Below, in pieces: positions 21,832 to 30,824 of a DNA stretch of 30,824 nt. This stretch comes from Octopus sinensis (lineage: Eukaryota), in contig NW_021833133.1 of the NCBI RefSeq assembly GCF_006345805.1, forward strand, positions 1 to 30,824. Reading direction: 5' to 3'. How positions within the stretch are numbered: position 1 is the stretch's first letter; every line of letters begins with the position of its first letter. The notes beneath the pieces are model-generated. The model saw only the letters and a program-made list of their open reading frames with translations, did no database searches and was not told where the DNA came from. The translations under genes were made by a program, and so were the position numbers.

Positions 21832-22129
21832 CACCGTCACCGTCACCGTCACCGACCAGGCTATCAGATATTGCTACACATCGCTGGTCACAATGCGCTT
21901 CTCATTGTTTCAGCCATCAAATGACGCCAACCCACTGGCTAAGCGGGCAGGCCAACAGAAGAAAGAGTGAGAGAAAGTTGTGGCGAAAGAGTACAGTAGG
22001 GATCGCCACCACCCCCTGTCGGAGCCTCGTGGAGCTTTAGGTGTTTTCGCTCAATAAACACTCACAACGCCCGGTCTGGGAATCGAAACCGCGAGTCCGC
22101 TGCCCTAACCACTTGGCCATTGAGCCTCC
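21832..22129 (-). mobile_element. tRNA-derived SINE, fourth family, tail variant 2 ending (GACGGT)n
   Basis: Head and body match 20488-20680; 12 bp TSD ACATATGTATGT (21820-21831, 22130-22141). Confidence 0.88.
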
Positions 22130-22336
22130 ACATATGTATGTTATACAACTATATATAAGTATGTGTATGCTTGTGTGTAGATATATATGTATGCGTATGC
22201 CTACCTTATACATATATAGACGTGGATACATATGTATATAGATTTATACATATACATACATATTCATATATGTATATGCCCACATACACACACACATATC
22301 CATATTCACGTATGTATGTGTTGGTTGTGTTGATGC

Positions 22337-22582
22337 TGAATGGATTCGAAAAACCGAGACTACGAGCGAAGATGGATGGATTCGAAGATTGGCCGAGTGA
22401 CCAGAGCTCTTTTGAAAAAGTCATGTCATATGCAGTGGACGAATTCGGACCTAACATTGTCTCGCCGAGATAACATGACCTTGAATTCTCCTACTTCCGG
22501 AAACCATTGTAAAGTTTGACAAGGATCCCTAGCTCGGTCAGCTCTGACAATTTCACCACTGTGGTTTCAAAACGACTTCCAC
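22337..22582 (+). mobile_element. Unclassified dispersed repeat X followed by (TCTA)n
   Basis: Second copy inverted at 27587-27854 with the same ends. Confidence 0.75.
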
Positions 22583-22684
22583 ATATCTATCTATCTATGT
22601 ATGTATCTGTCTATCTATCTGTCTGTCTGTCTACGTCTGTATCTAGCTATCTGTCTATCTATATACTTCCTACCAATCTCTCCA

Positions 22685-22719
<35 letters not shown>

Positions 22720-22827
22720 CACACACAAATAAGTATATATATACACACATACACACATATATATATATACATTCATAAGCACACGCACACACGCACACAC
22801 ACATACACACACACTATATATATATAA

Positions 22828-22866
<39 letters not shown>

Positions 22867-23031
22867 TCTCTATATATCTATGTGCAGTGTGTGTCCACCT
22901 ATTTATCCATCACTCTCTTTGTACTTACCTACCTACCTACCTACCTACCAACCTACCAGCCAACTTACCTACCTACCTACCTACTTACCTACCTACTTTC
23001 TTATCTCTCTCTCTCTATCTCTTTATCTATC

Positions 23032-23103
<72 letters not shown>

Positions 23104-23118
23104 TTATTTATTTATTTA
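22583..23118. repeat. Compound (TCTA)/(TCTG)/(TA)/(CA)/(TACC) microsatellite field
   Basis: Read directly from sequence. Confidence 0.9.
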
Positions 23119-23161
23119 TCCATGTATCCGCCTCTATCATCATATATATCCTTATCACGAG

Positions 23162-23263
23162 ACTACATGTCACTGTGAAGCATTAAGCTTTCAAAATCTC
23201 ACTATAAATATTTTGTAACAAAATGTATTGAGTTCTCCTTTTCTTCAGCTTGTAATACGTAGT
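23162..23263 (-). ncRNA. Candidate type-I hammerhead ribozyme with extended stems
   Basis: ACUACGUAUUACAAG-CUGAAGA-long stem II-GAAA-GC UUAAU GC-UU/-CACAGUGACAUGUAGU; ~12 bp stem I with internal loop. Confidence 0.5.
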
Positions 23264-23812
23264 TACTTAGAACAAGACCTCGCACACTGATGTATGTATA
23301 TATATGTTTGTGTATAGATGTGTTTATGTGCGTATGTGTATGTGTCTGTGCGTGCGTATATACGTCTGTATTTATGTGTATATGTATGTGAAGATGCTGG
23401 TGAAGATTATAATGTTGACGGGGTGTAGGATGCAGAGCCGCCCTCTGTGATCTTTCTGTTCTTTCTTTTACCCAGGAACATTTAAGAGCAAGGCCAACAT
23501 TTAAGAACAAACCCTTTTAGATCCTTTGCGATTAATGGTGTTTGTGGTAGTTTTGCTAAAGGCTCGACACGCAGTCGACATGCATCAATTAAAACCCACC
23601 GATCATGATACTGAGGGCGTTTCTTCATCAAATCCGAATAGTTACAACACAATGGACTTCTTTGGAGTCACCCACCCAAAAGTTGTAATCGAATTCATGA
23701 ATTACTAAATCTTAATCGGTGAATGCTAATACGTCCGAGGGGGAATTTGAATTTGAAATTTAAAGAGATCTAAAGTAACTTTCTAATACTCCATTATTAA
23801 TTTTGAATGAAA

Positions 23813-24280
23813 GGTGGCGAGGTGGCAGAAACGTTAGCACATTGGGCGAAATGCTTAGCGGTATTTCGTCTGCCGTTACGTTGTGAGTTCAAATTCCGCC
23901 GAGGTCGACTTTGCCTTTCATCCTTTCGGGGTCGAGTAAATGAGTACCAGTTACGCACTGGGGTCGATATAATCGACTTAATCCGTTTGTCTGCCCTGTG
24001 TTTAGCCCCATGTGGGTAGTAAAGAAATAGGTATTTTACTCGGTTTTAAAATTCTGAGTTCAAATTTCGCCGAAATAGATTTTACCTTTCAACATTTCAG
24101 TGGCAGTTGAGCACTGGGGTCGATATAATTGACTCACCCCTTCCTCTCAAAACAACTGCTGGCCCTTGCCAGGATTTGAAACTATTATTAACCCTGAAAG
24201 AAAGGTGGCGAGATGGTAGTCACTAGCACGCCGAACAATATGTTTAGCAGCATTTTATTCGTCTTTAAGCTTTGCCTTGA
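23813..24280 (+). mobile_element. OK-like SINE cluster: composite 23813-24186 plus a third head 24204-24280
   Basis: GGTGGCGAGGTGGCAGAAACGTTAGC head; same body as 1906; second body starts at GGTATTT. Confidence 0.85.
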
Positions 24281-24548
24281 AGTTCTACTGATGATTTTGT
24301 CGGTTCTAGATGAATTTGTCGACAACAATTCCTCTAAATTAATCTACAACAATTTATCTACAGATAACGCTAGAGAGAAATACAGAGAGCTGTTAGCATT
24401 AAACGAGCACTATATGCATTACTATATGTGTATATATATATAAGATATATTATATATATATATATTATATATATATATATATATATCATATATATATATA
24501 TAGTTATCCATCTAGTAATCCATATATATATATCTATTATTACATATG

Positions 24549-24776
24549 TATAGTAATCCATCGCTGTATCGCGGTTCACTTATTGCGGTCCATCTATCGC
24601 AGTTTATTATTTAAGTTTACGTGAATTCCTTCGTCGTGTTGTTTTGCATTTATAACAAATAAATATATATAAATTATGAAGAAAAAAATATACAGTACAG
24701 CACTGTTTCTACTTCGCAGATTTTCACCCATCTCGAGGGGTTTGGAAATATAACACCAGCCATAGTCGTGGGATTA

Positions 24777-24780
<4 letters not shown>
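24549..24780. mobile_element. pogo/Tigger-like MITE, copy 1
   Basis: Degenerate TIRs TATAGTAATCCATCGC / GTCGTGGGATTA; TA-rich flanks. Confidence 0.65.
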
Positions 24781-24807
<27 letters not shown>

Positions 24808-24899
24808 TATAATATATATATAATATATATATAGATACATATATATATATATAGTTATCCATCTAGTAATCCATATATATATATCTATTATTACATATG

Positions 24900-25131
24900 T
24901 ATAGTAATCCATCGCTGTATCGCGGTTCACTTATTGCGGTCCATCTATCGCAGTTTATTATTTAAGTTTACGTGAATTCCTTCGTCGTGTTGTTTTGCAT
25001 TTATAACAAATAAATTATATATAATTATGAAGAAAAAAAATATACAGTACAGCACTGTTTCTACTTCGCAGATTTTCACCCATCTCGAGGGGTTGGGAAT
25101 ATAACACCAGCCATAGTCGTGGGATTATGTG
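24900..25131. mobile_element. pogo/Tigger-like MITE, copy 2 (tandem duplicate, 351 bp period)
   Basis: Near-identical to copy 1, including the upstream flank. Confidence 0.65.
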
Positions 25132-25155
25132 TGTGTATATATATTATATATATAT

Positions 25156-25215
<60 letters not shown>

Positions 25216-25234
25216 ATATATACATATATATATA

Positions 25235-25457
25235 TAAATAAGTTCACCAAAATTTAGATTCAAATGAATATCGTACCTAAGTTAGATGCACCAGAATTTG
25301 TATGGTGTTATCCATATAAATCCATGGGGTGGTTATAATCAAAATAAGTAACAAGAATATCTTCGGTAATTTGGTACGATCGTTTCACGCTACATCATTT
25401 TATTAAATGCTGTAAGTATTACAACAGTTTTAAAATGCTGAGCACTCATCAGCCGTT
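25235..25457 (-). mobile_element. Short Penelope-pLTR-like element in (TA)n
   Basis: ~220 bp unique block between two (TA)n tracts, with a hammerhead at its 5' end. Confidence 0.6.
25371..25457 (-). ncRNA. Type-I hammerhead ribozyme motif with long stem II
   Basis: GG-CUGAUGA-GUGCU..CAUUUUA..UAAAAUG..AGCGU-GAAA-CGAUCG-UA/-CC; palindromic ACGAUCGU stem III. Confidence 0.68.
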
Positions 25458-26026
25458 ATATATATATATACATAGTCTTGACTTTAATTTAACTTTAATT
25501 TGATCAACTGATATCTTTTTTTTTTAGAGGTTGTCTCAAATCTTACAGGAGATATCAAGCGAAAGCTTTCAATATTCGGTCTGTTTACGATATTCTAACA
25601 CGCGCAAATGAACTCATCCCAAAGCATTCATTTGGTCGATCGTGCTTTCAAATCATGACATCTGAGGAAGCGATTAGACTATAGGATTATTATTACACAT
25701 TTCCATGTATATAATACCATGTATTGCATAACAGTCAAAGGATTACTTAAAACTCAATGAGATATGAATATGGGGAATAAAAATATCGTGCGTTTGCGGA
25801 AACAATTGTAATGTCAATTTGACTTCTCCATTCCTCATTTAAATTATTACTTTTATTACTCACTCTGAGGAGTTAATATTAATCTTACTAGATCTAATCT
25901 TGGAACTGTATAATGCTCTTTGTGTTTTTATCAGTTGAAGTCTTTTGGATCCCCTTTTGATTTTGCCACATTACGCTGGCCAGGATCCTGCATGATATGT
26001 TAATGAGGTGATTAGCCAGGATTATA

Positions 26027-26106
<80 letters not shown>

Positions 26107-26123
26107 ATCTATCTTCTATCTAT

Positions 26124-26167
<44 letters not shown>

Positions 26168-26215
26168 ATCTATCTATCTATCGTATATATATATATCGTA
26201 TATATATCGTATTTG
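26027..26215. repeat. (TCTA)n microsatellite
   Basis: Read directly from sequence. Confidence 0.95.
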
Positions 26216-26548
26216 TGTATGCTATTCTATATATTTGATTTATCAAAGTGGAAACGTGGCGTTAATTGTGTGATCTGTTACGTGAAAATGATAAACGTGA
26301 ATGCCCATCCCTTCTCTCTTCATTTCTCTCTCTCTCTCTCTCTCATTCTTTCCCTCTCTCTATATATATATCTATCTATCTCCATATATATATTATATTT
26401 ATACATACAAAGTCACATATAATATTCAAATACACAGGCATCATGCATATATACTTACGCATACACATACTCATTCTTATCCTCACTCGCGCGTGTGTGT
26501 ATATACATACATACATCCATACAAACATATATATATATATATATAATT

Positions 26549-27310
26549 TTACATTATATATAAGGGCTTAGTAAAATAAATTACTTTGCCACATACTGAA
26601 CTCATTAGAAATAGCAGCTAAAGAAATTTCTTCAGCTATTTCTAATACTTAAAGAAGATCTCTCTCAGATAGTGTTTTCCTAAACTAACTCACAAAAGTA
26701 TGGGGGAAAAACCATTTAAAAAATCAAGTGCAAAGGTTATTGAGAACGTACGTTTCTAGATTAGTCAATTCGACATTTCTTTCTTCAGCTCAGAATTCTT
26801 GATCGGATTTGGGAACACTGAAAGTCGGGAGCATACCTTTTCGGCTTCTAATCACCTCTAGAATTCTGCTCGAACTAAAAGTGCTATCAAATTCGAATAT
26901 GCAAGCGAAGAATTTCTGCTCTCCCCTTTCCACCAGCGTGGGTTAAAATTGACAACACCATGTATTAACGGTGAAAACCGCAGAATTTAGCAGAGAGAGA
27001 TGAATTATAATTTCAACAATGAGGGTAAAATTAATTAATTATTAATCAATTTCACCAAGTATTCAGTATGTAAAGGGACCATTATAGGCGAATTCAAAAT
27101 ATTACATTATATATAAGGGCTTAGTAAAATAAATTACTTTGCCACATACTGAACTCATAGAAATAGCAGCTAAAGAAATTCTTCAGCTATTTCTAATACT
27201 TAAAGAAGATCTCTCTCAGATAGTGTTTGCCTAAACTAACTCACAAAAGTATGGGGGAAAAAAACATTAAAAAATCAAGTGCAAAGGTTATTTGAGAACG
27301 TACGTTTCTA
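26549..27310 (-). mobile_element. Non-coding Penelope-pLTR/retrozyme-like element (~1.4-mer partial tandem) in (TA)n
   Basis: ~210 bp direct repeats 26549-26758 and 27102-27310; hammerhead; (TA)n flanks. Confidence 0.7.
26741..26792 (-). ncRNA. Type-I hammerhead ribozyme motif
   Basis: UGAG-CUGAAGA-A-AGA..GUC GAAUU GAC..UCU-A-GAAA-CGUACG-UU/-CUCA; palindromic ACGUACGU stem III; stem II closed by A.A mismatch. Confidence 0.65.
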
Positions 27311-27586
<276 letters not shown>

Positions 27587-27854
27587 GCATGGAAGCGTTT
27601 TTGAAACAACAGTGATGAAATTGTCAGAGCTGACCGAACTAGAGATCCTTGTCAGAGCATACAATAGATTACGGAAGTTGGAGAATTCCAGGTCATGTGA
27701 TCTCAACAGGACAATGTTAGGTCCGAATGCGTCCACTGGATATGACATGTTATTTATTTTTTTTTTTCAAAAGAGTTCTGGTCACTTGGCCATTCTTCCA
27801 ATCCATCTTCGCCCGAAGTCTTAGCTTTGCTTCTCGGTTTTTCGAATCCATTCA
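27587..27854 (-). mobile_element. Unclassified dispersed repeat X, copy 2
   Basis: Reverse complement aligns along the full length of 22337-22582. Confidence 0.75.
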
Positions 27855-28183
27855 CTATTTCTAAAACTGCCAGCACTTTTACCGCCACCACCACCACGAC
27901 CATTACCACCATCACCACAACCCCATCACACCGACACCATCATCACCATCACAAACACCACCAACAAAGATGGATATGAGGGTGATCTCGACCAGCCAAA
28001 GTAGTTACATCTATATGGTCATTTGATGCGTTAGAAATAGCAACTTTATCTCCCTCAATACTGCGCTTTCTTTAGAAAATTATGTTACAATATCCTATGC
28101 AAGAAAATTTAGAGGTATAGTCACGGCCAGGAAGATTGTATTTTATCATTGGTTTACTTGATAAGTGCTAAATTCTTACACCA

Positions 28184-28349
28184 GGCGTAGGAGTGGCTGT
28201 GTGGTAAGTAGCTTGCTTACCAACCACATGGTTCCGCGCTCAGTCCCATTGTGTGGCACCTTGGGCAAGTGTCTTCTACTATAGCCTCGGGCCGACCAAA
28301 GCCTTGTGAGTGGTTTTGGTAGACGGAAACTGAAAGCTCGCCGTATATA

Positions 28350-28399
<50 letters not shown>

Positions 28400-28616
28400 T
28401 GTGTGTACGTTTGTGTCTGTATTTTCCCCCCAACATCGCTTGACAACCGATGCTGGTGTGTTATGGTTCCCGTTACTTAGCGGTTCGGCATAAGTGACCG
28501 ATAGAATAAGTACTAGGCTTACAAAGAATAAGTCCTGTGGTCGATTTTTTCGAATAAAGGCGGTGCTCCAGCATGGCGGCAGTCAAATGACTGAAACAAG
28601 TAAAAGAATAAAAGAA
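28184..28616 (+). mobile_element. tRNA-derived SINE (third family) with CORE-like block and internal (TA)n
   Basis: Head GGCGTAGGAGTGGCTGTGTGGTAAG; GGCACCTTGGGCAAGTGTCTT (CORE-like); (TA)n at 28345-28395; tail CAGTCAAATGACTGAAACAAGTAAAAG. Confidence 0.82.
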
Positions 28617-28650
28617 CAAATGAATACACATACATATATATATACGCATA

Positions 28651-29933
28651 GATGAGGGGTGTATGAAAAAGTTTTGACCCTAACCTAGAAACGGGGCTGC
28701 TAGATAGCTGGAATAATTTTTTTCTGGTAAGTACAGTCTTTTCGGAGTATTCTTGCTCATTTTCAAGATTCTGATATTTTAATTTTTTGTTGTAGATTTT
28801 TGAATCAACAAGTCTCGAGGTTACAAGGAAAATGGAGAAAACTGAGTATCATGCTGAGTACCTTCATTTGAAAGGCATGACTCCATCAGAAATCCATGAA
28901 GATATGGTGAGAACCTTTACAGACAATGCTCCTTTATATGCAACAGTCAAATGCTGGGTAAATGAATTCCAGCGTGGCAGGGAGAGTGTGGAAGATGATC
29001 CCAAACCAGGGAGGCCTCCAACTGCAACCACCAAGGACAACCTTGACCTTGCTCTTGGTATGATAATGCAAGATCGCCGAATATCATGTCGTGAGATAGC
29101 TGAGAGACTGGGCATCTCAACTGAAAGAGCAGGCAACATTGTGATAAAAGAGCTTTGGTTCTCAAAGGTTTCTGCAAGGTGGGTCCCTTACCTTTTCACA
29201 CCTGAACAGAAACGCACCAGGTGCACGTTGTCCACGAGTAATCTGCAACTGTTTGAAGCCGATGAAGAGAATTTTCTTGCTCGTTTCATTACTATGGACG
29301 AAAGTTGGGTTCATCACTACCAGCCTGAAACCAAAGAACAACCAAAGCAGTGGAAGAACACATCCTCTACCCCAAAGAAGGCCAGAGTCATTCCTTCAGC
29401 TGGCAAGGTGATGGCGTCTGTTTTGAGGGATTCTCAAGGTGTCTTGCTGATTGATTACCTTGAAATGGGTCACACCGTAACAGGGCTGTATTATTCTCAG
29501 CTACTTAAACGCCTCCGAGAAGCAGTCAAAGAAAAAAGACCGGGAATGCTCACCAGAGGAGTCCTTTTTCATCACGACAGTGTTCCAGCCCACACCTCAG
29601 TGGTTGCCATGCAACAATTCGTGATTGTGGATACGAACTTGCTCCCCATCCGCCTTATTCGCCAGACGTAGCCCCCTCTGACTTTCATCTATTCCCAAAA
29701 ATGAAAAAAGCCCTGGCTGGTCGCCATTTTGCCAGTGAAAATGACGCCATAGACGCTGAAGGAAGTTTCTTGGAGTCTCAAACAAAAGAGTGCTACGCCG
29801 GGATAATGGCGCTTCAGCACCGTTGGGGAAAGTGTTCAGCCATCGAGGGGGTCTATGTTGAAAAATAAATCATCAGAAGTCTTGTACAATGTTTTTTTTT
29901 TTGAGGCTCAAGACTTTTCATATAGCCCTCATA
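28651..29933 (+). mobile_element. Mariner (DD34D) transposon, ~1.28 kb
   Basis: TIR-like ends GATGAGGGGTGTATGAAAAAGTTTTGACCCT and AGGCTCAAGACTTTTCATATAGCCCTCATA; TA flanks. Confidence 0.9.
28832..29868 (+). pseudogene. Mariner transposase with one apparent frameshift
   Basis: ARWVPY, TMDESW, HHDSVPAH, YSPDVAPSDF; 34 residues between second and third Asp once one base is restored near 29611. Confidence 0.9.
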
Positions 29934-30037
29934 ATTATACATAAGTATATATGTAGTATATATAGGTATATGTGTGTGTATGTGTGTCTGTTAACTTGCC
30001 AACCACGAAGCTCACAATATACAAGTATTTATTCATC

Positions 30038-30240
30038 TCTCTCTCACTCCCCCCTCTCTCTCTCACTCCCCTCCTCTCTCTCTCGCTCCCCTATCTCTCT
30101 CACTCCCCCTATCTCTCACCCCTCTCCCTCTCCCTCCCTCTCTCTGGTTCTCTCTCTTTCTCTATCTATCTGACTGTCTTTCTGTCTGCCTGTCTATCTC
30201 TCTATCAATCTAGTTATCTCACTTTTTCTGTTTTTCCCTA
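30038..30240. repeat. CT-rich low-complexity tract
   Basis: Read directly from sequence. Confidence 0.85.
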
Positions 30241-30313
30241 TATATATGTACGTGTGTGTGCATATATAAATATATATGAATAAGCATACACACACGCACA
30301 AGCATATGTGTGA

Positions 30314-30367
<54 letters not shown>

Positions 30368-30753
30368 AGACAGACAGAGAGTTCATTTGTACGCGTCTGT
30401 ATAAAATATGAGCAGCGAAACAAAACGCGTAAAAAGCCTTTAGCCAGCAGAGAAATGAGTTAACTTAACAGCAAGTGTTGTGAAAACTGAAATGTGGTCT
30501 TGACTCCGGGCAAATGCCCTCACGTGTCTCTTTAACAATGCAAAGGTCGAAAACCAAGGATCTAATACAATAATAGCGGAACAGGAAGCCGGACAAAACA
30601 TCGTGTCATCCATGGCATTACAAAAATAGAACTGATGGCAATTTTATATTAAATGAGAAAAGATTGGCCCAAACCGGACTGACTTAAAAGCTGACCACGT
30701 CAAATGTGAAGAGGTCAATACACCTATTATTACATCCTCTCTCTTCCCGCCAC

Positions 30754-30754
<1 letters not shown>

Positions 30755-30806
<52 letters not shown>

Positions 30807-30824
30807 TTTCTTTCTTTCTTTCTT
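30755..30824. repeat. (CTTT)n microsatellite
   Basis: Read directly from sequence. Confidence 0.95.

Overview
This is eukaryotic, repeat-dominated DNA with no confidently identifiable host protein-coding gene. The SINE families and microsatellite load point to an octopod cephalopod (inference from recalled family sequences, not a database hit). Most long ORFs in the track are translations of microsatellites. Contents: (1) R4/Dong-type non-LTR retrotransposons embedded in (TAA)n, comprising a near-full-length decayed copy, a 5'-truncated copy and an inverted fragment; (2) three Tc1/mariner transposons, one carrying nested retro-insertions with clear TSDs; (3) many tRNA-derived SINEs from several families, plus MITEs, a gag-like fragment and a Helitron-like end. 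The most interesting signal is five minus-strand type-I hammerhead-ribozyme-like motifs (about 17.2, 19.2, 23.2, 25.4 and 26.8 kb). Four lie in short non-coding elements wedged into (TA)n tracts, and two of those are partial tandems with 535 and ~552 bp periods. This matches Penelope-type pLTR / non-LTR retrozyme architecture and suggests a multi-family retrozyme system. All folds were done by eye, and activity and novelty are untested.
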